In this document: positions 1 to 9,967 of the stretch, piece by piece | Position numbering within the stretch: the first letter of the stretch is position 1 | Layout: every line of letters begins with the position of its first letter | DNA from: Nitrosopumilaceae archaeon | Lineage (GTDB): Archaea; Thermoproteota; Nitrososphaeria; Nitrososphaerales; Nitrosopumilaceae | Direction: 5' to 3' | Assembly: GCA_965214835.1 (NCBI GenBank) | Contig: CBDCCK010000002.1 | Coordinates: 1,952,001 to 2,016,000, forward strand | Length of the DNA: 64,000 nucleotides | The notes under the pieces: model-generated | Database searches by the model: none | What the model was told of the DNA's origin: nothing | What the model saw: the letters and a program-made list of their open reading frames with translations, nothing else | Translations under genes and position numbers: made by a program

Positions 1-1
1 C

Positions 2-460
2 GCCACAAGGAGGCCGAATTGGACCTTTGTCTTGATCGGATACACGGTAGCCGATGTAACGAGGCTGCAAAAGCTGCACAACGTAAGTTTTCTTGGCGAG
101 CGCCCGTACTCTGACCTTCCCAGCTACTTGGCGGATTTTGATGTGTGCCTCATACCCTTTGTAGATTCTGATTTCATCGAGGCTGTCAACCCCGTAAAGA
201 TTTACGAGTATTTTGCAGCCGGCAAGCCCGTGGTGTCGACTTATCTTCCGGAGCTAGCTCCGGTATCTGACCTGTGCTACCTGTCAAGGAACCCAAAAGA
301 GTTCCTTGCTAACATAGAGAGGGCACTGGCAGAGGGCGATGACGAGCTGGCAGAGCGCAGGAAGAGATTCGCCAGAGAGAACACATGGGATGATAGGTTT
401 CAAAAACTGTACGGCGAGATGGCCAAAATCGACGCACTTGATCTCCATTCTCACACATGA
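2..460 (+). CDS. Glycosyltransferase, GT-B/GT4-like (TuaH-like), 5'-truncated by window edge
   Basis: Frame is open from position 2; motifs 'FLGERPYSDLPSYLADFDVCLIPF' and 'NPVKIYEYFAAGKPVVST'. Confidence 0.85.
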   Translation, partial: ATRRPNWTFVLIGYTVADVTRLQKLHNVSFLGERPYSDLPSYLADFDVCLIPFVDSDFIEAVNPVKIYEYFAAGKPVVSTYLPELAPVSDLCYLSRNPKEFLANIERALAEGDDELAERRKRFARENTWDDRFQKLYGEMAKIDALDLHSHT

Positions 461-1449
461 CTGACAAAAACGGAAGGCAGGCCACGGTCTCCATAATCGT
501 AGTCAACTGGAACGGGAAAAAATTCATCAGATCATGCCTGGAGTCACTGCTCAGCCAATCGTACCGCGACTTTGAAGTGACGGTGGTCGACAACAACTCG
601 TCAGACGGCTCCGCCGAGATAGTCAAAAGCGAGTTTCCGCAGGTGAGGCTGATCAGAAACGACGAAAATGTCGGATATGCGGAGGGAAACAACATAGGGA
701 TAAGAGAGTCTGTGGGGGACATAATCTGCTTCTTCAATCCAGATGCCGTGGCTGAAAAAAACTGGCTGTCTGTCATGGTAAGCTCGCTCCAAAGCTCCGA
801 GACCATTGGCGCGTGTACGGGAAAGATGTACTATTTGGGAAACGAGTTCGGGAAGAATGCCGTGTTCTGCACGTGGTCCAAGGTTGATCCGCGTTCTGCA
901 AGGCCGTACAACTTTCACGACGACGAGCCCGTCTCCAAGGTGGACTATCTGACGGGGGCTGCCATGGCGGTGAAGCGGAGCGTCATGGACAGAATCGGGC
1001 CGATGGATCCGGGATATTTCCTGTATTTTGACGAGACGGATCTGTGCGCACGGATAATCCGTGCCGGGTATGATCTGCTGTACGTTCCGACTGCCGTAGT
1101 ATGGCATGCGGTGTCCGGACTCGTCTCCGACCATGACAAAAAGTCATACTTCATGGAGAGGAGCAGGATAAGGTTTGCTGTGAAAAACTTCGATGCCAGA
1201 TACCTCCCGCGATTTTGCGCCATTGTTCTTGCCGAGACGATCGGGATCCTTTACAATGACGTGGCGCGCATGGACTTTGCGCGCAGCAGGATCCGCTGCA
1301 GGGCGGTTTTTTGGAACATGGCAAACCTAGTGCGCACCATACGCAGAAGAAGGCAGGACTTTGGCCAGATAAAGAAGTCAGACGTGTTCAGATCCTACAA
1401 TGACTCCCTCCCATTGGGCAAAATCCGTACCAGGGCCGATGATCTGTGA
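457..1449 (+). CDS. GT2 family glycosyltransferase (WbbL/rhamnosyltransferase-like)
   Basis: 'SIIVVNWNG', 'VVDNNSSDGS', 'NVGYAEGNN', 'FFNPDA', 'YFLYFDETDLC'; ATGA overlap with the upstream gene. Confidence 0.9.
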   Translation: MTDKNGRQATVSIIVVNWNGKKFIRSCLESLLSQSYRDFEVTVVDNNSSDGSAEIVKSEFPQVRLIRNDENVGYAEGNNIGIRESVGDIICFFNPDAVAEKNWLSVMVSSLQSSETIGACTGKMYYLGNEFGKNAVFCTWSKVDPRSARPYNFHDDEPVSKVDYLTGAAMAVKRSVMDRIGPMDPGYFLYFDETDLCARIIRAGYDLLYVPTAVVWHAVSGLVSDHDKKSYFMERSRIRFAVKNFDARYLPRFCAIVLAETIGILYNDVARMDFARSRIRCRAVFWNMANLVRTIRRRRQDFGQIKKSDVFRSYNDSLPLGKIRTRADDL

Positions 1450-1673
1450 CTGGATCAAAAATGAGCAAAGTGGAATAGGCCAAGACTGCAGACAGATCAT
1501 TGAAGATCTGGCTTTGTCCATCACTGGATCCAAATCCGCCTAGCACTGGGTTGTTGCGCATTTCACTTAGCCACTGAAAAGAAATGGGATGCATGGGAAC
1601 AGCCCTCCATCTTTTGGACAAGGCGCCCATTCTCTCAATTGCTTGGATGGCAGGCCCGCCTTGATGATCCGAC

Positions 1674-2750
1674 TTAGAAGCATCTTTTCAGGATCTGGAT
1701 GATTTTTTCGGATGCGCCGCCGCGCCCGTATGGGGAGGATCTCCGTGTCCCGAGAGACGGCATATTCGTGATGCTCTCTATGGATTTCTGTATTTGTGGA
1801 GGCGATGTTCCCGCCATCAACGCATGACCGGATGTGATCGACTCCGGACGATCGGTGGTTTTTCGGATCACGACTGCCCTTTTTCTGATCGACGGCGCGG
1901 TTACCTCCTCCTGAATCCCGCCCGAGTCGGTAACAACGAACGAGGATCTCTTCATAAGTTCAAGCATGTCAAAGTATCCGGCAGAATCCAGCAAGGTGAA
2001 GTTTTCTGATCTCTCCAGCTTTTCCAGGAGGCCGAGCTGAACCAACCGCTTTTTTGTTCTAGGGTGAACGGGAAAGACAAAGCGCTGTTGTTTGCAACCA
2101 AGCAGTGCGCCGATTATCGAGGACAGGGAGGAGTCGTCATCCACGTTTTCTGATCGGTGCAGAGTCAGCAAGGCATAGTCGTCGATGCCAATGTCAAGGG
2201 TGGACTTTGCCCGGGAGATCTTTGCATACTTTTCAATAGAGTCAATCACCGTATTTCCCGTCACGTAGATCTTTCCGTGGACGCATTCAGCAAGCAGGTT
2301 TGCCCTAGAGGTTTTTGTCGGTGCAAATAAAAGCTCCGAGACGTGATCGACGCAGATCCTGTTGTGCTCTTCTGGCATTCTCCAATCGAAGCTCCTCAGC
2401 CCGGATTCGACATGGCTGACCGGAACCTTGGATTTTAGCGATGTGACGGCGGAGGCCAGAACCGTGTTTGTATCCCCCTGCACTATAACGGTGTCAGGCT
2501 TTGCCTCGTCAAGTATTTTAGAAAGCCGGATCATGATCTCGCCCATCTGAACAGTCGGGACGGACTTTGAAATCCGCAATGAATAGTCGGGTCTGCGCAG
2601 TCCGAGCTGCTCGATGAAATCCATGCCCATCAAGTGATCATAGTGCTGTCCGGAGAATATCAACGTGGAGTCTTTTCTGCGCAGCTGGCTTATGACCGGA
2701 GCGAGTTTGATTATCTCCGGCCTGGTTCCTATTACAACGGCAGTCTTCAT
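1674..2750 (-). CDS. wecB: UDP-N-acetylglucosamine 2-epimerase (non-hydrolysing)
   Basis: 'GTRPEIIKL', 'VQGDTNT', 'HVESGLRS', 'PEEHNR', 'TDSGGIQEE'; start placed at MKTAVV (2750). Confidence 0.92.
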   Translation of the reverse strand: MKTAVVIGTRPEIIKLAPVISQLRRKDSTLIFSGQHYDHLMGMDFIEQLGLRRPDYSLRISKSVPTVQMGEIMIRLSKILDEAKPDTVIVQGDTNTVLASAVTSLKSKVPVSHVESGLRSFDWRMPEEHNRICVDHVSELLFAPTKTSRANLLAECVHGKIYVTGNTVIDSIEKYAKISRAKSTLDIGIDDYALLTLHRSENVDDDSSLSSIIGALLGCKQQRFVFPVHPRTKKRLVQLGLLEKLERSENFTLLDSAGYFDMLELMKRSSFVVTDSGGIQEEVTAPSIRKRAVVIRKTTDRPESITSGHALMAGTSPPQIQKSIESITNMPSLGTRRSSPYGRGGASEKIIQILKRCF

Positions 2751-2890
2751 GGAATTCAAGTACACAAACCCGGAACTCGTTATATGTTGTACGAAAAGTA
2801 GTTCGCCCCTTGTCCGAGTATGCAAGGCCGGCCGGAATCAGGAGCTGCATCAGCGTTACAGTAAGCAGTGGAAACAGGGGTGCGTGGACC

Positions 2891-3988
2891 TATACTGATG
2901 ACCATTGAAAATTTCGCCTGATCACACATCTTGTAAAGGTTTATAGCTCCCCACCATGTCACTCCCGGCATGAACAAGACGAAAATCCTCACGGATGCCA
3001 TGCATGTCGAAAAGGATCTCAAGACTCACACCAGAATCATGGCGGTGCGCTCCGTACTGCTTGGCAACACCACCGCACATACTGCGGAGATTGCCGACGT
3101 GACACAGCGCACCGTACAGATGTGGGTTGAAAGGTTCGAGCTTGACGGCATCGAGGGCCTCCGTGACTCCCCCAACAGGGGCAAAAAACCAAAGGTTCCG
3201 GTCGGCAGGATAAAAAAGATCGCCACGAGGCTGCGCAGGATGGAAAAGCTCACCCCGAAGAAGCTGTGCAACTGGGTACGCCACAGGCTGCATGTCACAT
3301 ACAGCGTGGGAAGCATCAGGAGGATCCTGCGCGCGATGGGGTTTTCGCTAAAGACATCAACTACCAAGCTGGCAGATGCTGCCGACGCAAAAGCTGTAAG
3401 ACGGTGGCAAAGAGAGGCAAAAACTGCGATAAAGCTTGCAAAAAGGCGCGGATTTAGGATAACCGTACAGGACGAATCGATATTCGTCAGTACGGGAAGG
3501 GACGGCAAAAAGTTCTGGTCGCCCGTGGGGGACAGGATCGAGGTGGAACGATCCGGCAGAAGGGAGCGCGTCGTGGTATACGGGACGATTGCAGACGACG
3601 GAACCAGGCTGATGCGCACGTACGACAGGTTCAACAGCGCAAACTTTGTGCATTATCTTAAACAGGCGCACAAAAAGTGGGGAAAGGTCCTGATGGTGAT
3701 GGACAACGCAGCACAGCACAAGACCAAAAAGGTCCGCAGATACCTAAAGAAAAATCCCGACGTTGTCTTGCTGTACCTGCCGGTAGCTAGGCCGGAGCTG
3801 AGCGCCATAGAGGCAGTCTGGAAGGATGCCAAGTACAGGCTGGTCACGTCTGCCTTTTACGACACGGTGGATCACCTCAAAAAGGCCGTCTCGGAATACT
3901 TTAGGACGTGTTCCATCAGGGTTGACATCTACAAGTATCTTGAGCGCAGCTTGTAAGGGAGGCGAAATTTTCAATGACCATCAGTATA
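2891..3988 (+). mobile_element. IS630 family element, apparently intact
   Basis: About 27-bp imperfect TIRs (ctgatgaccattgaaaatttcgcct / aggcgaaattttcaatgaccatcag) flanked by TA on both sides. Confidence 0.9.
2970..3956 (+). CDS. IS630 family transposase
   Basis: HTH followed by DDE motifs 'QDES', 'MDNAAQH' and 'PELSAIEAVW'. Confidence 0.92.
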   Translation: MNKTKILTDAMHVEKDLKTHTRIMAVRSVLLGNTTAHTAEIADVTQRTVQMWVERFELDGIEGLRDSPNRGKKPKVPVGRIKKIATRLRRMEKLTPKKLCNWVRHRLHVTYSVGSIRRILRAMGFSLKTSTTKLADAADAKAVRRWQREAKTAIKLAKRRGFRITVQDESIFVSTGRDGKKFWSPVGDRIEVERSGRRERVVVYGTIADDGTRLMRTYDRFNSANFVHYLKQAHKKWGKVLMVMDNAAQHKTKKVRRYLKKNPDVVLLYLPVARPELSAIEAVWKDAKYRLVTSAFYDTVDHLKKAVSEYFRTCSIRVDIYKYLERSL

Positions 3989-3999
3989 GCGCCAAGGGT

Positions 4000-4249
4000 T
4001 GCGCAAATACGTGTGCGAACAATCCCGACAACGTGAAACTCGCAGACAGGCAAGTATGACGGATCGTGCGAGAAAAGAGAAAGGACGGTTCTGCCAATGC
4101 CCCGATAGCCGAATCCATGGGCATACAGTGCGGTGGATTCAGAAGCTGTGGGCCAGGCAGAGACTGTCCACTGATTGGCGACATAACGCATCCTGCGCCC
4201 ATGGAAAGGCCGGAAAAAGGCCTGTCCGGACGCATGGGGCACTTCTCTT
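4000..4249 (+). pseudogene. IS481-like transposase N-terminal remnant
   Basis: Degenerate match to 38090-38330 ('TVRWIQKLWAR' vs 'TVRWVQKLWAR'); ends at an IS66-type terminus gtatgaagtcacgtcc (4250). Confidence 0.6.
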
Positions 4250-4350
4250 GTATGAAGTCACGTCCCTAAACCAGCCTCATGACCTCTTCTGCTACGGATC
4301 TGACCGGGAGGCCCTAAACACTTACATGTTGACAGAGTAGGGATGGGGTA

Positions 4351-5147
4351 TTGGATCTCGTTTACCGTAGTTGTCCCTGTTGTGGGGGGGGGGTTACGAA
4401 AAACAACTTGGTCAGTTGGAAGGTAATGCTTTCAACGTACGAGAGAAATACAATCTGTCATATTGCAATGGCTGCGATGTTGTTTACATGTCCACAACAC
4501 CCACTGATCGTTTTATACACGAGTCGTACGCTACCAATTTGGTTTATGATGGTCACGTATACAGAGAAAATGTGGACATGATAAAAAAAACATATGACAA
4601 TTTTCTCGACGAACTTGATCAACGCTGCTCTTTTCCACCAAACCTATCGGTGTTGGAAATTGGCAGCGGTTTGAGTTGGGTATGCGGTGCGGCCAAAAGA
4701 AGGTTTCCATCGTGTTTTACCGTTGCTCAGGATCTCACCGATGAGGTCATGAAGGAATGTAATCAGGCTGACAAGTATTATGTCGGTAAATTAGAAAACC
4801 TTCTACCACAGATATCAAAACATAAGCCGTTTAGTCTGATCTCAATGACACATGTGTTTGAACACGTCATCTATCCAAAAGCTGTTTTAGCCACATGTGC
4901 AGATCTGTTGTCGAAGAAAGGAATGATTTTCATAACGGCTCCTTACAGGCCACCAAGATGGACGAACGATTCGCCAATATCTGACTGAGCAAAATGGGAT
5001 CTGAATCATGTTCCGGCGCATCTGAGCTATTTCAGTGAGAAAAGCCTCAAAATCATGGCCAAAACGGCAGGATTGCAATTGACCTTTTACCGACTCGAAA
5101 ATGATGACACTGTTTTCACGGCCGGCCTGAGTCACAACCCAAAGTAA
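4351..5147 (+). pseudogene. Class I SAM-dependent methyltransferase with N-terminal CPxC/CxxC, disrupted
   Basis: 'CPCCGG' shifts frame at G10 (4384-4393) into 'YEKQL...CNGC', 'LEIGSG', 'HVFEH'; an in-frame TGA at 4986 is followed by 'HVPAHLSYFSEKSL' to TAA 5147. Confidence 0.8.
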
Positions 5148-5192
5148 GAGCCGGCTTGGATAAAAAACAGGGCCCTTTTCAATTAAAAAAAT

Positions 5193-5363
5193 CTAGGAGA
5201 CTAGGTCGCACAAAAGGTTTGGTTCTTTCTGCCTTTGTTCCGGCCATGCAAAGCTGTAATTTGGCTTTCTGTTGTCGGCAGTAGTGGAGTCCACCTTCTT
5301 TTTTGTGTCTTCTTCTCCCATTGATTCGGCCTTTGGTTCTTCTTTTTTGCGTTCGGCGGTCAT
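5193..5363 (-). CDS. Small 56-aa hypothetical protein
   Basis: ORF MTAERKKEEP...NLLCDLVS; TATTTAAA box at 5396-5403, about 33 nt upstream. Confidence 0.5.
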   Translation of the reverse strand: MTAERKKEEPKAESMGEEDTKKKVDSTTADNRKPNYSFAWPEQRQKEPNLLCDLVS

Positions 5364-5571
5364 TGACTTTAACCAGTAGACGGAAATGTACCCCCTTTAA
5401 ATACGCCTGGCAGACGGCAGCATAAAAAAATCCGCCAAAAATGCAAGCAAATCCGGATCACGCAGATCAACTGCAAGGCGCTCCTACCCGCCCATAGTGC
5501 TTGAACAAAACAACGGGCAAAAGCACCGCATCGACATGGGAAACAGGGTGCTTGTAGACTTTGCGTAATCC

Positions 5572-6868
5572 CAGCTAAGTGAAAAGTACCCCAGATCTGG
5601 CGTCATGGAGGGGGGCTTGGGCTACCTGAGACACGCCGTCATGCACTCCTTGAACACCAGCATTGTCATGACGTTTTGCACCCCGGATCCCTCGCTGAGC
5701 AGCGCCTTGGCAATTATCCACTTGTTGAAGATCACCATCGAGTAGTAAAAGCATAGCATCCTGGCGGCCAGGTCGACGATCCGGGTCTTGGCTCTGCACT
5801 CCTCTAGCTTGGCGTATCCTGTCTCGATTCCCCACCTTGACGAGTACAACTCGATCCTGATCTTGGGACAGTTCGTTGCAAACCCGATGAACTTTTTCTC
5901 CGGCCTGTCCTCTGCTGCATCCACCGGCTTGTTGTCGTCCCCGGACTTTTTCCTGTCCGTTATTACAATCGAATACGTGGCAGAAGCCGTGTTGTTCTCG
6001 ATTATATTTTCGGATACCCTGGACCTCTTATCGTCATCGAACTCGCTGAGTGCTGCGACCACGTTGCCCGTGTTCCTGCACGGCATCAGGAACTTTACTC
6101 CCCTCTCCTGCAGCATGGCAATCACCTCTACTGAGAAGAACTCGCGGTCAAGGAGGAGGAGGCGCACCTTGATTCCTGCCCTTTCAAGCTGGTCTAGGAT
6201 CAAACCGGCCGATTCAGGCACGGAATCAAGCCTTTTTACGTGCAGCACGCCTAGTGTCAGGCTCAGCCCGTCGTCGATGCACTCGGCAGTGACGTATCTC
6301 TCGGCGTATGTGGTCCCATCCTTTTTCTTCTGGCGCGACAGGTTCTCATCTGGCCTTCTGTCATAGCGGGAGATCTTGTGCAGGTCTATTGCTATTGTCA
6401 GCCCTCTCTTGGGAATCCTTTTGGCCCTGCTTAATCTTTCACACTGCCGTTTTATCTGCGCCTCAAAGGCCTCCTGCGCGGCCTCCGGAGTGGTCGCCTT
6501 GATCCTGTAGGCGTGCCATCTGGCAGAGGGCCCGGCGCCGCTTGTACACCCCGTGGCGTTGACGCATCCGCCCACCGATGCGTCACCGAGTGCGCCGCGC
6601 ATCATGCCGCGGTTCAGGTCGTCGATCCCGTATATGGCGTTGTGTTTCCCGGACATTCTGACGCACGAGAGCATGTTCCTTCCGCCATCTGCAACATGTT
6701 CATATATGCGCGGGTTGTTCTCAAGATCGCGGCACTGCCTGGATTTTTGTTTTGACAACGAAAACCACGGGGCCGTACCGTAATTGATCCGTTTGCATCT
6801 GTCAGTGTTGTCAAGACGGTCTAAATTTCTTGGTTTTCTGCCTGACTGGGGTACTTTTCACTTAGCTG
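5572..6868 (-). mobile_element. ISH3 (IS4 superfamily) element
   Basis: Perfect 23-bp TIR cagctaagtgaaaagtaccccag; no TSD seen. Confidence 0.88.
5622..6758 (-). CDS. ISH3 family transposase
   Basis: 'IAIDLH', 'LLLDREFFS' and the YREK-type motif 'YSSRWGIETGY'. Confidence 0.88.
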   Translation of the reverse strand: MSKQKSRQCRDLENNPRIYEHVADGGRNMLSCVRMSGKHNAIYGIDDLNRGMMRGALGDASVGGCVNATGCTSGAGPSARWHAYRIKATTPEAAQEAFEAQIKRQCERLSRAKRIPKRGLTIAIDLHKISRYDRRPDENLSRQKKKDGTTYAERYVTAECIDDGLSLTLGVLHVKRLDSVPESAGLILDQLERAGIKVRLLLLDREFFSVEVIAMLQERGVKFLMPCRNTGNVVAALSEFDDDKRSRVSENIIENNTASATYSIVITDRKKSGDDNKPVDAAEDRPEKKFIGFATNCPKIRIELYSSRWGIETGYAKLEECRAKTRIVDLAARMLCFYYSMVIFNKWIIAKALLSEGSGVQNVMTMLVFKECMTACLR

Positions 6869-6910
6869 CTGACCACAGCACAAATATATTTATCAGATTT
6901 GATACCGTAT

Positions 6911-7942
6911 GTGGAAATAATCCGAAGCCGTGCCCCGCTGCGCATCAGCTTTGCAGGAGGCGGGACAGACGTGTCCCCATACCCTGAACTAAGGGGGGGC
7001 GCAGTAATCAGCACCACCATAGACAGGTATGCCTACGTATCATTGCAGGCAAATCAAGAAAACCGGGTGCAAATCAAATCTCACGACTATAATCTTTTGG
7101 AAATATTTGACAACATCTCTGATATGACATATGACGGAAAACTGGATCTGGCCAAAGCTGCAATAAACATATTGAATTTGGAAAAGACCTATTTTGACGC
7201 GCTAATACACGTCGATTCCCCGCCAGGATCCGGCCTGGGATCATCCTCTGCTGTAGCCGTAAGCCTGATCGGCTCACTGTCCCATCTCTCAAGGAAAAAC
7301 CTCTCCACTTACGAGATAGCAGAAAAGGCCTACGATGTAGAAAGATCCGAACTGGGAATCAAGGGCGGCAAGCAGGATCAATATGCGTCGTCTTTTGGCG
7401 GGTTCAACCTTTTGGAGTTCAAGAGATCATCCGTTGACGTCACCCCGCTTCGAATAAGGCGTGAAGTCCTAAACGAGCTGCTGGCCTCCATCGTGGTCTG
7501 CGACACGCAGGTTACCCGGCTGTCTGCCAATATCCTTGAAAGGCAGTCAGAGAGCTACTCAAGGGGAAGCAACGCCGTTGATTCTAATCTGGATTTCATA
7601 AAAAAATCCACCTATGACATGAAGGCCTATCTAATCAAAGGCGACATGAAAAGCATGGGCGAGTTGCTGCATGAGGGCTGGACGTACAAAAAGAAACTTG
7701 ACAGCGAGATCAGCAATCCGTCAATCGATAGGATCTATGACGCTGCCTTGGAAAATGGCGCATCCGGGGGAAAACTGTTGGGGGCCGGCGGAGGCGGACA
7801 TTTTTTGCTTATTTGTGATCCAGACAAGCGCGAAGAAGTTTCGCATGCCGTAGAAAAAATGGGCTGCAAGCAAATCAAAATAAACTTTGACACTGAGGGA
7901 TTGCAGGTGTGGAAAAAAGACAATGATCGCATCATGTATTGA
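6911..7942 (+). CDS. hddA: D-glycero-alpha-D-manno-heptose-7-phosphate kinase (GHMP family)
   Basis: 'RAPLRISFAGGGTD', 'PPGSGLGSSS', 'GGKQDQYA', 'GGKLLGAGGGG'; adjacent to gmhA; TATA-like box near 6884. Confidence 0.88.
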   Translation: MEIIRSRAPLRISFAGGGTDVSPYPELRGGAVISTTIDRYAYVSLQANQENRVQIKSHDYNLLEIFDNISDMTYDGKLDLAKAAINILNLEKTYFDALIHVDSPPGSGLGSSSAVAVSLIGSLSHLSRKNLSTYEIAEKAYDVERSELGIKGGKQDQYASSFGGFNLLEFKRSSVDVTPLRIRREVLNELLASIVVCDTQVTRLSANILERQSESYSRGSNAVDSNLDFIKKSTYDMKAYLIKGDMKSMGELLHEGWTYKKKLDSEISNPSIDRIYDAALENGASGGKLLGAGGGGHFLLICDPDKREEVSHAVEKMGCKQIKINFDTEGLQVWKKDNDRIMY

Positions 7943-7989
7943 GTGCAACATCAAACAGTTTAATACCGTATGCCGATGGTGTCTAAGAC

Positions 7990-8595
7990 ATGAAATACGC
8001 CCGTTTTATAGAACACGAATTACAAGACAGTATAGACGTAAAAAAATCACTCCTACAGGATGTCCAAACGATTCAAAGAATAGGAAAATCCATGATCAAA
8101 TCCGTCAACTCAAACCATGGCATATTTTTTCTTGGAAATGGCGGCAGTGCTGCTGATGCGCAGCACATGGCAGCCGAATTGGTGGGGCTGTTTGGCCACG
8201 ACATAAAGCGGGCTGCGCTTCCTGCAACTGCCCTGACCACCAACTCGTCCATCCTTACTGCAGTATCTAACGACATCTCTTTTGACAAGGTATTCTCAAG
8301 GCAAGTTGAAGCTTTTGTTAAAAAGGGCGACGTAGTGGTGGGGATAAGCACCTCTGGACGCTCAAAAAATATCATCGAGTCGATAAAGCTTGCCAAGAAA
8401 AAGGGCGCCATCACAGTTGCCCTTACCGGAAAAAACAAGAATCCCCTGTCAAAAATTGCCGATGTCTCTATGCATGCCCCCTCAAACAACACCCAGAGAG
8501 TCCAGGAATGCCACATTACGCTGGGCCATATCTTCTGTGGGATGATTGAAAATTCCCTCAAATCCGACTTTATCTTGACTGGAAGAAAGGCTTAA
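7990..8595 (+). CDS. gmhA: Phosphoheptose (sedoheptulose-7-phosphate) isomerase
   Basis: 'GNGGSAADAQHMAAEL', 'ISTSGRS' and 'RVQECH'. Confidence 0.93.
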   Translation: MKYARFIEHELQDSIDVKKSLLQDVQTIQRIGKSMIKSVNSNHGIFFLGNGGSAADAQHMAAELVGLFGHDIKRAALPATALTTNSSILTAVSNDISFDKVFSRQVEAFVKKGDVVVGISTSGRSKNIIESIKLAKKKGAITVALTGKNKNPLSKIADVSMHAPSNNTQRVQECHITLGHIFCGMIENSLKSDFILTGRKA

Positions 8596-8622
8596 TATCA
8601 CATCGTACTTTGCCCAATAACG

Positions 8623-9582
8623 TTGAGGGTGTTTGTCACCGGGATTGCCGGTTTCGTAGGAAGCCACATGGCAGAATACATCTTGGAAAAACACCCCGAA
8701 TACGAGGTTCATGGCGGTTCCAGATGGAGAAGCGACCTGCAAAACGTCAAGCATCTGGATGGAAAGGTCTCCCTGCATGATTTTGAGCTGCGCGACGAAA
8801 AATCCGTAGCGAACGTAATCAAAGACGTTCGGCCAGAGAAAATATTCCACCTTGCGGCCCAGTCTTACGTGATGTCAAGCTACGAGTCTCCACGTGATAC
8901 CATTGAAACAAACGTCATTGGGACGCTGAACCTTTTTGAGGCCATTAGAAAATCAGACATCGATCCGGTCGTACATGTCTGCAGCTCTTCGGAGGTGTAC
9001 GGCCAAGTCAGTCCCGACGAAGTACCCATCAAGGAAACCAACGAACTAAGGCCTGCCAGTCCGTATGCCCTAAGCAAAGTGGGCGAGGATCGACTTGGAT
9101 ATCAGTACTTTGATTCCTACGGGATCAAAAACATCATGTCCAGGGCATTCACTCACACCGGCCCGCGCAGAGGCGACGTATTTGCCGAATCCAGTTTTGC
9201 CAAACAAATAGCAGAAGCTGAGAACGGAAAACGCGAGCCCGTTGTCAGTGTGGGCAACCTGGACTCTGTCCGGACCTTTCTTGATGTGAGGGATATTGTT
9301 CACGCATATTGGCTGCTGACTGAAAAATGTGTTCCCGGTGAGGCCTATAATATTGGCGGAAAAACCACAATGAAGGTAGGAGAGATGCTTGACATGATGA
9401 TCGAGATGAGCAGCAAAAAGATCGCAATAAGACAGGATCCAAGACGTATGCGGCCTTCAGATGTCACGTTGCAAATTCCCGACGTTTCCAAGTTTGTAGA
9501 CAAAACTAATTGGGAACCCACAATTCCGGTTGAAAAAACGTTCAGGGATCTTTTGGATTACTGGCGTGATATAACGAAGTAA
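8623..9582 (+). CDS. GDP-mannose/GDP-heptose 4,6-dehydratase (SDR)
   Basis: 'VTGIAGFVGSH', 'HLAAQSYV', 'SSSEVYG' and YxxxK 'PYALSK'; the heptose context suggests a DmhA/WcbK-like substrate. Confidence 0.85.
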   Translation: MRVFVTGIAGFVGSHMAEYILEKHPEYEVHGGSRWRSDLQNVKHLDGKVSLHDFELRDEKSVANVIKDVRPEKIFHLAAQSYVMSSYESPRDTIETNVIGTLNLFEAIRKSDIDPVVHVCSSSEVYGQVSPDEVPIKETNELRPASPYALSKVGEDRLGYQYFDSYGIKNIMSRAFTHTGPRRGDVFAESSFAKQIAEAENGKREPVVSVGNLDSVRTFLDVRDIVHAYWLLTEKCVPGEAYNIGGKTTMKVGEMLDMMIEMSSKKIAIRQDPRRMRPSDVTLQIPDVSKFVDKTNWEPTIPVEKTFRDLLDYWRDITK

Positions 9583-9967
9583 AAGGCCTTGGAATTTCAT
9601 GGGGCATGACGGCCTCCTAATGACGGCAGTGAGTCGGTTCGGGCTTTGCAGACCCTGATCATGCATGAACGAATCTGCATCAGATGGATGTCATGTGAAA
9701 TCCCATTGGCATCCCGGGAGTTGATCCGGAATTAAAAGCCGTGCAAATCATTTCCCGGATTTTTCTGCTGTGTATCTGCCAGGTAACTCATAGGCAGTTT
9801 ATCATCTGCAGGCATCCTAATCGATTTGATGCAGGCAGGCTTGTTCATGCGTCACGATCCGAGTCTGCTGGTTTCGAATCAACTCTCCGGCAAACGTGGT
9901 TTTCATATGACACGGTAATGATTGGCCGTAATGGCAAATTTTTATTGAGTGCAAGCTACAAGACTGT

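Noticed and set aside
4986-4988. In-frame TGA as selenocysteine
   Set aside because: The position fits Trp (TGG to TGA), the gene has a second lesion, and there is no redox motif.
6993-6999. G7 tract in hddA as a phase switch
   Set aside because: Short, in frame, and encodes an ordinary Arg-Gly-Gly.
9583-9960. Long intergenic gap as an hddC remnant or ncRNA
   Set aside because: No nucleotidyltransferase motif or convincing structure was recognisable by eye.
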